The notes under the pieces: model-generated
What the model was told of the DNA's origin: nothing
What the model saw: only the letters and a program-made list of their open reading frames with translations
Databases searched by the model: none
Translations under genes and position numbers: made by a program
Shown here: in pieces, positions 18,072-26,271 of the stretch
How the letters are laid out: each line of letters starts with the position of its first letter
How positions within the stretch are numbered: the stretch's first letter is position 1
NCBI GenBank assembly: GCA_043820925.1
Contig: JBDRDL010000055.1
Location: 1 to 31,002, forward strand
DNA: 31,002 nt
Direction: 5' to 3'
DNA from: Methanobacteriota archaeon
GTDB lineage: Archaea > Hydrothermarchaeota > Hydrothermarchaeia > Hydrothermarchaeales > JACRDW01

Positions 18072-18515
18072 ATGGTAATAAGAAAAAGCGACGGGCTGGC
18101 GAGGAAGGGGGATGTTGATGCAAATGCCTCAGTCGTATACATGCCTATGTTTCTTGACGACCGTCTTATTACTAGCGCTACAGCATGGAGTGAACTTCTT
18201 TCCTTCAGTAGGAGTACTACTGTTGGTCGTTTTGGGTTTGCAAAGCAGGGCACTCCAACCTCAATTGAATTAATTATTACTTCAGATGGTGATTATAGTG
18301 GCGGTAATACGTGTCAATTTCGGTTATATAATGTTACTAACGCTGTCGTTGTTTACACATTTCCGGCTACAGCAGTTCCGCAAGTTTTCCTGAGTTCAGG
18401 AGATATTAAAGCAAGCCTTCCTGCAACAGAAAAAACATATCGCTTTGAAGGGATTAATACAGTTGCTGCAAAATCTGAAGAGTTGCTATATGCAATTCTT
18501 AAAATAACTTATTAG
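18072..18515 (+). CDS. Orphan beta-strand-rich protein (possible viral structural or surface domain)
   Basis: Open frame 18015-18515; likely ATG 18072; T/S/A/V-rich alternating pattern; no motif recognised. Confidence 0.6.
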   Translation: MVIRKSDGLARKGDVDANASVVYMPMFLDDRLITSATAWSELLSFSRSTTVGRFGFAKQGTPTSIELIITSDGDYSGGNTCQFRLYNVTNAVVVYTFPATAVPQVFLSSGDIKASLPATEKTYRFEGINTVAAKSEELLYAILKITY

Positions 18516-18538
18516 GAGTTGAGAAAAAATAGATAATA

Positions 18539-19402
18539 TCAACACGATGCTCGGTTTTGGGCATAAAGGTGCGTGCGCTTTAATTTTATACGAAAACCGT
18601 TATCTTCAAGGAATTTCTTTAGTATTTGGATGTTGGTAACGTTCTGGTGCACCTCTACAACCATATATCTGATTTTTTTGAGATATTCTTTTGGAGTGCT
18701 TACTAGGATCTCATACTCTACGCCTTCGCAGTCCATCTTTAGAAAATCGCATCTTTCTATCTTGTTGGATTCAAAAATGTCTTTTAGAGTGATGCAATTA
18801 ACAGCAATACTGTTGCTCGGTTCATTGTACTTTTCATTTATGCTATGGCAGCCAGGATTTTCTTTATTCAGGAATAATTTTCCTTTCCCCCTTTCGCTGG
18901 CAACGGCAAGCTTAAATGGAAGGATCCTTCCTTCAAGCCGATTCAGAGTTATATTCTCCTTTAGAAGCTCAAAATTTTCTGAAAATGGCTCATAGCTATA
19001 CACCTTGGCATTTGGATTCTTGCTTGCTATAAATACTGAAAAAACGCCGATGTGCGCCCCGATATCAATAACAACCGACGCATTCTCTAGTGAGGCGGCA
19101 TTGTCTGAATATTCCTTTAAGACATACGTCTCATTTACTATAAAGAAATCCCACTTGTTCCTTCTCACTTTATATTTAGTGCCGTCTCTTAAACGATAAA
19201 TTATGTGTTTGTCTTTTGGCGATATGCGATACAGAAAAAAATCCAATAATCCGCTGTACCAGTTCTCATATAATCTTATTACTTCCGGACCATACCTTAA
19301 TTTTCTCAAGATGTATGTGGTGGTATCCTTTCTGAAAAACCCTTTCTTTAAATCCTTCGACCAAGCTTTGCTTATCTCTGAGTGCGTTTTCATCCCAACC
19401 AT
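18539..19402 (-). CDS. FkbM family SAM-dependent methyltransferase
   Basis: VIDIGAHIG, YSYEP, DFLKMDCEGVEYEIL; own TATA (TTTTATATA on minus strand ~19425) suggests start at 19402/19393. Confidence 0.9.
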   Translation of the reverse strand: MVGMKTHSEISKAWSKDLKKGFFRKDTTTYILRKLRYGPEVIRLYENWYSGLLDFFLYRISPKDKHIIYRLRDGTKYKVRRNKWDFFIVNETYVLKEYSDNAASLENASVVIDIGAHIGVFSVFIASKNPNAKVYSYEPFSENFELLKENITLNRLEGRILPFKLAVASERGKGKLFLNKENPGCHSINEKYNEPSNSIAVNCITLKDIFESNKIERCDFLKMDCEGVEYEILVSTPKEYLKKIRYMVVEVHQNVTNIQILKKFLEDNGFRIKLKRTHLYAQNRASC

Positions 19403-19460
19403 GAGAAAATATTTATGAGCAAATATATAAAATGGTCGGTGCAGGCTAATCGTTGAAAAA

Positions 19461-20504
19461 CTATATAATCCCCTTCTCCTGCATGCGCTGAATGATTCTG
19501 TCGAGCAACTCCTCCTCACCTTGGATGATGTCAAGCGGTCTCAGACACTTCCAGCAGGTGTCGGCGTTGGGCGGGTTTATCTCTTGGCAGATGGGGCAGC
19601 GCCTCGGCTTTCCGTCTTGCTCCTCTTTCCTCATCTCCTTCAGCCCGTAGGCGCCGAGCAGGGTCGCATCCAAATCCCTGCCGGACAAGTGAACATAGAT
19701 GCGGGGCATCCTCGAGCCCTGCGCCCAGCCGAAGTGCTGGCAGAGTTGCGCCTCGGTCATGATTTTCGCTAGGTGCGTCGCCCTGGAGTGCCTGAAGACG
19801 TAGGGGTAAATCCTCTTGTCAGGGAAATATTTCGCATTCATCTGGCATATCCTGCGCAAGCCATCGTAGCTCAATCCCGCCTTCTCCTTCTTGCAGTAGT
19901 GCACAACGAAGAGGGGGGCGCTCATCTCCTTCTTGCGTGGATGGATGCCCAACCACTGCTTTAGATATGGGGTCGAAATCGTGCCCCTCACGCGCCTGAA
20001 GCCAGTCTTCGTGCCGCTCGGGATTCTTACGGTGTAGCTGTAGTCGTCAAAGGGGGTGTTTTGGATTCTGAGCTTCAGAAATTCGTGCGGTCTAGGTCCT
20101 ATGTCATAGAGAAAGGAAAAGAGCGCCTTGTTGCGCACCGATGGCATCTTTTCGATTGCTTGCAGAATCTCCTCCTCTGTCAGGACGTCTTCCGGCGCAA
20201 TTCTGTCTCGATATTTGACAGAGGTAGTGAACCAGCTCACTTCTGGTGGGTACTGCTTTCTCTCGCAACCCCTGAGCCACTGGAAGTATCTCTTCAGATG
20301 CTCCTTCTTCTTGCTCTTTGTTCCGGGCTTGAAAGGTTGCCTTTCGAGCCAAGCGAGCGCCCTAATTATGTCGTCCTTGGTGCAAGCCTCAAAATCCTTT
20401 CCAAGCACTTCAGAGAACTGCCTCAGATTAATCTGATATTTCGTGAGAGTTTCGGTTGCACTGCCCACGGCTGCGAGCTCTGAAATGAATTTCTCAACGC
20501 TCAA
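19461..20504 (-). CDS. Tyrosine recombinase/integrase with C-terminal Zn ribbon
   Basis: Catalytic R (GPRPHE), K (KTG), FRHSRAT, GW, Y (RIYVH); CPIC...CWKC; SD GGAGG before TTG. Confidence 0.93.
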   Translation of the reverse strand: MSVEKFISELAAVGSATETLTKYQINLRQFSEVLGKDFEACTKDDIIRALAWLERQPFKPGTKSKKKEHLKRYFQWLRGCERKQYPPEVSWFTTSVKYRDRIAPEDVLTEEEILQAIEKMPSVRNKALFSFLYDIGPRPHEFLKLRIQNTPFDDYSYTVRIPSGTKTGFRRVRGTISTPYLKQWLGIHPRKKEMSAPLFVVHYCKKEKAGLSYDGLRRICQMNAKYFPDKRIYPYVFRHSRATHLAKIMTEAQLCQHFGWAQGSRMPRIYVHLSGRDLDATLLGAYGLKEMRKEEQDGKPRRCPICQEINPPNADTCWKCLRPLDIIQGEEELLDRIIQRMQEKGII

Positions 20505-20604
20505 GATTCTGCCTCCATAGACAGCCTCCCCGAACGCAGCTATCTATCTTTTCCGAGAGCGTTGGAAAAGTAATAGAGTATTGGTACGTACTCCGTTCGC
20601 TTAG

Positions 20605-20688
20605 CGTCGGGGACGGGATTTGAACCCGTGCGGTCAAAAGACCATCAGCTTAGCAGGCTGACGCCATACCAGGCTTGGCTACCCCGAC
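20605..20688 (-). tRNA. tRNA-Ser (anticodon GCT)
   Basis: Reverse complement GTCGGGGTAGCCAAGCCTGGTATGGCGTCAGCCTGCTAAGCTGATGGTCTTTTGACCGCACGGGTTCAAATCCCGTCCCCGACG; long variable arm; G discriminator. Confidence 0.95.
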
Positions 20689-20767
20689 ATTATTCACACC
20701 TCATCTCGAAAAATAACATTGTAAAACTTGCGAGAGCAGCGAGCAATTTGGTGGGTCTCGGCAGAGG

Positions 20768-20918
20768 AGCACTCGTTCAGAATGAACGAAGGCATGAGCG
20801 ACTCTCGTGCCCTCGCTCTTTCAGAGCGAATGCGAAGAGCGTAGCGATGAAGCACTCGTTCCGAAGGAACGAAGGCATGAGCGATACTCGTACCCTCGCT
20901 TCTACGAAGCGAATGCGA
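20768..20918. repeat. Two tandem 68-nt structured repeats (three hairpins each), period 83 nt
   Basis: 20768-20835 vs 20851-20918: 58/68 identical, with differences mostly compensatory or in loops. Confidence 0.85.
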
Positions 20919-20935
20919 CGAATGCTGAGAAAAGT

Positions 20936-21248
20936 GGCGGGCACGCATGAAGGTGGAAGCCTATCCCAGAGGCTAGTTGTCCAAGTTTTGAACTCCATCC
21001 CGTTGCCCTACCAGCACCAGCTGTCCTGCCTACCGCTGCTTCCTTCCGGACCTAACGGGTTCAGCAGATTAGACAACTTTACCTCGGCCCTCCGGCCGAA
21101 ACGGTTGTGCCGCCAATCCGGTAGGACGAGACTTCAATGCCAAAACTTGGGCTAACCTATGTTCAAGGACTCGCCCTCCAGACTTCAACCCCTGCATATC
21201 GGCGATTTCAGGTTACAGGGGACGTCGAACCCCCCGGTCTAGCCCGCC
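20936..21248 (-). ncRNA. ffs: Archaeal SRP (7S) RNA
   Basis: Termini GGCGGGC/GCCCGCC pair; Alu-like 5' domain with TGTAA; helix-6 GGAG tetraloop; helix-8 CCGTTAGGTCCGGAAGGAAGCAGCGG; ~313 nt; followed by a T-run. Confidence 0.93.
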
Positions 21249-21281
21249 GATACTAATAAAGCATCGCATTGTATTTTAAGC

Positions 21282-22874
21282 TTATGCACAAATTTCTGTC
21301 TCCACAGTTATAAAGACTGGTCCTCTAACATCGATGCTTTTACTGCGAGCAGTTATGTATCGCAGGGCGACGTCCTCCAGTTTGAGGTTTATATCGCTCA
21401 GGCTGCGGACGATAGAAACTCTTGTCGTTATCTTATCTTTTCCGACTAATAAACCTTCCTCAATTTCGTGCGCAGCTAGGTGCGCTATTCCGTCGATATA
21501 TCTCAGATTCTGTAAGGAAGCTGATACCCCCTTTGCTCTGATATCTTTTAAACCTTCTGGAGGAACGCCGTATATATTGCTCTCGAAAACGTAAACCTCG
21601 TTGAAAGCTGCAGGTCCGAGAAGTTTTTTGTCTTTCTCCCTCTCTACCAGTTTAACCTCAACTTCTGCGCCAAGGACTTCTCCAGAGTAGACCGTAAATT
21701 CGCATGGACTGTTTTCACTGCCGTACTTCTTCGCAGCCTCGACTATTTTTTTTGCAATGACACGCCCTTCCTTTGAAGCAGGTTTTTTGTCTATCCTCAG
21801 CAGCGAGGCTATTTCTTTGTCGCTCATTCGCCACTCGGCATAGAACTGAGGATAAACCATATCCCTCACGTCTTTGTACCCGTGCAGAACCATTGCCAGC
21901 CTCTCGATGCCCAAGCCGAGATTCATGACCGGAAATTCAATTTTGTATCTGGAGAGCGCTACCGGTGAGTAAATCCCAAAAGTTGCAAGCTCAACCCAGC
22001 CAGAATTTGCATTGTATCCATAAACCTCGGTTTGCGTATCCGGGGTATAGTACTTTGAGCGCTTCTCATCCAGCTTGAACTTGAGCTTCTCAAAGCCAAA
22101 GCTGCTCAGCAGTCCTTCTGCAACTGCTTTGCCGTCCTCGACGCTTACCTCCTCATTAACAACAACGCAGGATGCAGAGTGATGCGTTCGCAGATGCGTT
22201 GCATCCTCTCTCTGCTCCCTCCTGAAGCACCTGTCCACAGAGAACAGTTTTATTGGAAACGGTTTTCTGCCTATAAGTTTCTCCAGCGTTAAAAACCAGC
22301 CGCTGGTCATGTGCGAGCGCAAAGTTACCCTGCTCGACTCGGGTTCAAGTGCCCTGAATTCTGGAAAAACTTCATTGATAATTTTTGTAGCTAAGATATC
22401 GTCTATGTTTAAAGAGTCTGCAATTTTATAGATTAAGTCATCGCCGCCGAACTCTCCTTTCTTGTATCTGTGCAAAAGCTCCTGCAGGCTTTCTTTGTTA
22501 ACGCTGATTCCAAGCTTTTTTATCTCCTCAATTTTCTCGCCGCTCAGCCCAACGTCAGGTCTTGGCAAGCCCCCTAAATAGTAGCACCTGTCCAAAACCG
22601 CAGTAGCCTCTGAGCCGAACTGCCTTCTAACTTCCTTGTCCTCTATGAAAATTGGATTAACCACTTCTTCGAATCCGAGCTTGAGATAAGCTTCTCTAAG
22701 CTTTTGAACAGTTTGAAAAAGCACGTGCGGTTTGCCAGATGGAATTTTCGCAACAGGATATTTTGCTTCACTTTTTTCAGGAATAAGAGCTTTCGTTTCC
22801 AGCCAGGTTTTATCAAAATCCTTCCTCGCCTTCTCTGCTATCTCCTTGCTATTCCATTTCCCCAAGTTTTGCAC
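21282..22874 (-). CDS. sepS: O-phosphoseryl-tRNA(Cys) synthetase
   Basis: LREAYLKLGFEEVVNP, VLDRCYYLGGLPRPDVG, TLRSHMTSGWF, FSVDRCFRREQRED, NLGLGIERLAM, IDVRGPVF. Confidence 0.95.
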   Translation of the reverse strand: MQNLGKWNSKEIAEKARKDFDKTWLETKALIPEKSEAKYPVAKIPSGKPHVLFQTVQKLREAYLKLGFEEVVNPIFIEDKEVRRQFGSEATAVLDRCYYLGGLPRPDVGLSGEKIEEIKKLGISVNKESLQELLHRYKKGEFGGDDLIYKIADSLNIDDILATKIINEVFPEFRALEPESSRVTLRSHMTSGWFLTLEKLIGRKPFPIKLFSVDRCFRREQREDATHLRTHHSASCVVVNEEVSVEDGKAVAEGLLSSFGFEKLKFKLDEKRSKYYTPDTQTEVYGYNANSGWVELATFGIYSPVALSRYKIEFPVMNLGLGIERLAMVLHGYKDVRDMVYPQFYAEWRMSDKEIASLLRIDKKPASKEGRVIAKKIVEAAKKYGSENSPCEFTVYSGEVLGAEVEVKLVEREKDKKLLGPAAFNEVYVFESNIYGVPPEGLKDIRAKGVSASLQNLRYIDGIAHLAAHEIEEGLLVGKDKITTRVSIVRSLSDINLKLEDVALRYITARSKSIDVRGPVFITVETEICA

Positions 22875-23457
22875 CCTCCAGCTTTTTTTCCAGTTTTGTC
22901 AGCTTTAATGCAAGCGTAACCTCGCCTCTGGTTTTTTCAAGCAAAATTCTCGCAACGTCCTGCTTCCTTCGTATCGGGATTATTGCGCTCGGATAGTCGA
23001 ATGCCATTATTTCATGAAATATCTCGTCCATCAGGTCTATGAAGTGCTCAACTTCCTTGAAATCGTCCTTCCTTATCACGTCCAGAATGTAGCGGCGCAG
23101 TTCGCCAATCGAATCAGCGAGACCCAGAACATAAGATTCTGAGGGAATGCCGAGCTCGAGTGGCGTGGGTATCCTCTCTTTCTTCAGAAAAGCGTAAGTG
23201 AGCACCGCCTCGCTGTACTCCTGAAGCGCCTCCTGCAAAAAGCTGAATGCCATATCTTCGCTGCTCAGCTTGGATACCATGGCTTTTGAATTCTGAATCA
23301 GGACTCTCGCTTCCTCATAGTTCTCCTTGTGCATCTCCCTCATAGCCTTGGTGGAAATCCTTCGAATTTCTCTTGCGCTCGCAAATACTTCCTCTCTCCT
23401 CTTGTCCTTCTCGTCCAGCTCTTTTTTTATCTCGTTTATAATTCCATTCAAATTCAT
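22849..23457 (-). CDS. Translin/TRAX family protein
   Basis: RE...R.I.R.S, QEYSEA, YVLGLAD.IGELRR, RRKQDVAR..LEKT. Confidence 0.88.
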   Translation of the reverse strand: MNLNGIINEIKKELDEKDKRREEVFASAREIRRISTKAMREMHKENYEEARVLIQNSKAMVSKLSSEDMAFSFLQEALQEYSEAVLTYAFLKKERIPTPLELGIPSESYVLGLADSIGELRRYILDVIRKDDFKEVEHFIDLMDEIFHEIMAFDYPSAIIPIRRKQDVARILLEKTRGEVTLALKLTKLEKKLEGAKLGEME

Positions 23458-23462
23458 GCTCT

Positions 23463-24227
23463 CTACTTTCCATAATCTGCTATATTACTTTTTTCAATTA
23501 AAAATTCCTCGAGAAATCCCAAGCCCCTCTCGTTCACAGCTCCGACATGCAGAGTCAGCCTAAAAACTCCCCTCGCATTCGAATAGTCTCGCACAGCCTG
23601 CTTTATACCTCCTCTGTCAAAGTCGTACCAGGTGTACTCGTTGGAATCGTAAGGCATGGTGGCATTCGAAGTATCTATGTAGTAATAGTAATAAACGTAA
23701 CCGAATTTTTTTCTGAGGTACTCGTTAACTTCGTAAGAAGTTTTCCATCCAGGAGCTGCGAAATAAGAAGGAAACCGCAGGCCAGAAGCCTCGAACTCAT
23801 ATCTCGAAACATTGAGCAGCAACTCTGCCTGCTCCACATCGATATCGAACTCGAACTTCTTCAGGGGCTCTTCGTGGACATAGCCGTGAACGCCAAGCAG
23901 GTATCCTTTTTCCTCTAACTTTTTTAATTTTCCAACAAACTCAGGATATTTGTGCAGCGGCGTAGCATTGCCGTGGTTGGGAATTACGAATAGAACAACT
24001 TTCGAGTAGGCATTGGGATATTTCTCGAGTATGTTTAAAATCTCCTCAAGCTTTTCATACCCATAGCCCGGGGATACATCGTGAATCTCTACCCAGAGCT
24101 GCGCTGGCTGCGCATCTATTTCGATCTTGTCAATTCCATGCGAAGTTGTATGCAAAAAAATTACTATGGATTTAAAATTTACGGCAGCTAAAACGATAAC
24201 TATCGCAAGAAGCAATATCCTCTTCAT
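23463..24227 (-). CDS. DUF2334 / polysaccharide-deacetylase-like secreted protein
   Basis: Signal peptide, IHDVSP, LFVIP, HGYVH, FAAPGW, RLTLH. Confidence 0.8.
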   Translation of the reverse strand: MKRILLLAIVIVLAAVNFKSIVIFLHTTSHGIDKIEIDAQPAQLWVEIHDVSPGYGYEKLEEILNILEKYPNAYSKVVLFVIPNHGNATPLHKYPEFVGKLKKLEEKGYLLGVHGYVHEEPLKKFEFDIDVEQAELLLNVSRYEFEASGLRFPSYFAAPGWKTSYEVNEYLRKKFGYVYYYYYIDTSNATMPYDSNEYTWYDFDRGGIKQAVRDYSNARGVFRLTLHVGAVNERGLGFLEEFLIEKSNIADYGK

Positions 24228-25126
24228 GCTTTCACCAGCAGGACTACCTTGCTGTCTTTTGCATAATCTTTTATTTTGTAGCTTACTTCGCTGCCAAGAA
24301 CTCTTGCAAACTCATAAACTTCCTCGAAGGTAGGCATGTGGCTGCGCTCCAACCGCTTCCTCGAGTAGCCGACGTGCACGTAACCTTTCGGTTCTATATA
24401 ATCTGGATTCGCTCTCTCTACAAGCTTTGAAAATTTTTCTGGATGCTCCAGATTGTATCCTCTCACCAGCGTTATTCTAACGACCTTTTTAGAGCTGTGA
24501 TTTCTGAAAATATCTATACTTCTGTTCAACCTCCCCCATCCGTCCTTCAGCTGCGGAGCATTTATTTTTTTGTAGAGCTCTCTGTCGTAAGCAATGAGCG
24601 ATAGGTAGAGCTGCGTTGGTCTAACTCTCTCCAGCCTCTCAGGATTCTGACCGTTTGTAACCAGAAAAGTAGTGAAGCTGCGTTTGTGAAACTCGTTTAT
24701 CAGCTCGTCTATATAGGGGTAAGTGGTCGGCTCTCCTGCGAGAGAAATCGCAGCATGGCGGGGTTTGTGCGCCTCCTCTACCAGCTTTCTATCAATTTTC
24801 TCCCCCCAGTAGCTGCTGAGTAGCGTGCGCTGCTTCTCTATCGCTTTTTCAACGATAAACGAGGGCTCATCTACCTCAAAATCCATTTGATTGCCAAGAG
24901 TATGCTCTATTGGACGCCAGCAGAATACGCATCTGTGCTGGCACCACGCAACGCTCGGCGTCATCTGAAGGCAGCGGTGGCTAGCAATGCCATAGAATTT
25001 CGATTTATAGCAAGCTCTATTGCGCATCAACTTTTCCTTCGTCCAATGGCATACTTTAACTGCGGAATGGTTACCGACAATGCGGTAGCCCTGCTTCTCA
25101 AGGAGGCCTCGAATTTTCTCATCCAT
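24224..25126 (-). CDS. taw1: 4-demethylwyosine synthase (radical SAM)
   Basis: HSAVKVCHW, CYKSKFYGI.SHRC.QMTP, CQHRCVFCWR, AISLAGEPT, FLVTNG. Confidence 0.95.
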   Translation of the reverse strand: MDEKIRGLLEKQGYRIVGNHSAVKVCHWTKEKLMRNRACYKSKFYGIASHRCLQMTPSVAWCQHRCVFCWRPIEHTLGNQMDFEVDEPSFIVEKAIEKQRTLLSSYWGEKIDRKLVEEAHKPRHAAISLAGEPTTYPYIDELINEFHKRSFTTFLVTNGQNPERLERVRPTQLYLSLIAYDRELYKKINAPQLKDGWGRLNRSIDIFRNHSSKKVVRITLVRGYNLEHPEKFSKLVERANPDYIEPKGYVHVGYSRKRLERSHMPTFEEVYEFARVLGSEVSYKIKDYAKDSKVVLLVKA

Positions 25127-25161
25127 GCGTTATATTTATTTGCATTTATAATAAATACCGC

Positions 25162-26156
25162 TTATTTTTTCTTTGGCGCATGCAAAAATTTCTGCACAAG
25201 CTTAATGCACTCTGCTAGAGCTTTGCTTACGCTATTGCCTCTCCCTTTCGCCCCAGCTGCACCTGCGTGTCCGCCCCCGCTTCCGTTTATGAATTCTCCG
25301 ATTTTCGGCGTTATATCTCTCCCCAGACCAATGCCAGTTTTTTTGATAAAATTCGAGGATGCTCTTGCGCTTATCTGTATCTCATTTTTTCTAACCGAGC
25401 CCACGAAGGCACAGGCTGCGCCGAGAAGTACGAGTGCTCTTGCAGCAGAGGCGCCGAATGAATTGACTTCGGAAGTTACTAAAACAAAATCCATAACCCT
25501 GTAGAGCTCCATCCTCTGCGCAGCCTTTAGGTGCGCTATTTTCTGGAAACGTCTTCTGAGACTTCTAAAAGAGACGCTGCTCTTTCATAGTCAGCATTCG
25601 TCTTCTCCAAAATTTCATTTACTTTTTTGATTGTTTTTCGAGTTGCGAATTTCAAGTGTGCAGAATCTGCGAGGATGCCTATCAGCAAGGCAAATCCTAT
25701 TCTGCCGCTAATTTTTAACTTCATTTTTTTCAAAATAGTATAGACGATTTCAGAGCTGGAAGAAGCTCTCTCGTCGCCGAAATAAAAATCTGCAATATCT
25801 TTTGTATCTGCGTGAGGGGCGTGGTGGTCGATTACAGCTATTTTTCCGGCGTGCTTCTTAATCTCGGCATCGAGAGGTGCAATCTGCTGGAGAGTTGCAG
25901 TATCCACTAAAATAATGAGCTGGGCATCAAGCTTGGGATTTATTACTGCCTTCTCGGAAAATTCTTTGAGGACCTGTCTTGCTGATTTGCAAATGCTGCC
26001 GGCGGCGCCGATCGTAATCGTCAAGCCTGGATTCAGGATGCCAAGAGCTTCCTTGAGAGCTATTGAGCTTGAGATAGCGTCCAAGTCAGAATTTTGGTGG
26101 GATAAAATGAGCACTCTGCCAGAAAATTTTTTCAAGTAGTTGAGGAAAGCTTGCAT
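25162..26156 (-). pseudogene. DHH/DHHA1 phosphoesterase split by a 1-nt frameshift (pseudogene or sequence error)
   Basis: SHQNSDLD, LVDT, IDHH, D-S motifs (26156-25536) plus SARA...GGGHAGAAG (25512-25162). Adding one A at 25539-25542 gives continuous ...DVSRKIAHLKAAQRMELY.... Confidence 0.85.
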
Positions 26157-26271
26157 AGTGCTAATTTTTTGAGCGAGGGAATAAAAAGTTATGCAAAGGT
26201 TTTGGCTTAAAGCAGTCAGTAAAAATAGCAAAACCCAAAGTCTTAAATAGTTGAAATACGAGTATATACTT

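Larger units (their letters stand above)
16762..20615. mobile_element. ~3.85-kb tyrosine-integrase element integrated in 3' end of tRNA-Ser(GCT)
   Basis: Direct repeat AGCGTCGGGGACG at 16762-16774 and 20603-20615, the latter overlapping the tRNA 3' end; integrase next to the tRNA; TA and accessory cargo inside. Confidence 0.8.

Noticed and set aside
20768..20918. CRISPR array or cryptic tRNA genes
   Set aside because: Only two 68-nt units with a 15-nt spacer and no cas genes; no T-loop, D-loop or 7-bp acceptor-stem consensus.
20628..21155. 175-aa ORF and overlapping minus-strand ORFs (20694-20998)
   Set aside because: They overlap tRNA-Ser, the structured repeat and SRP RNA, and have no protein-like composition.
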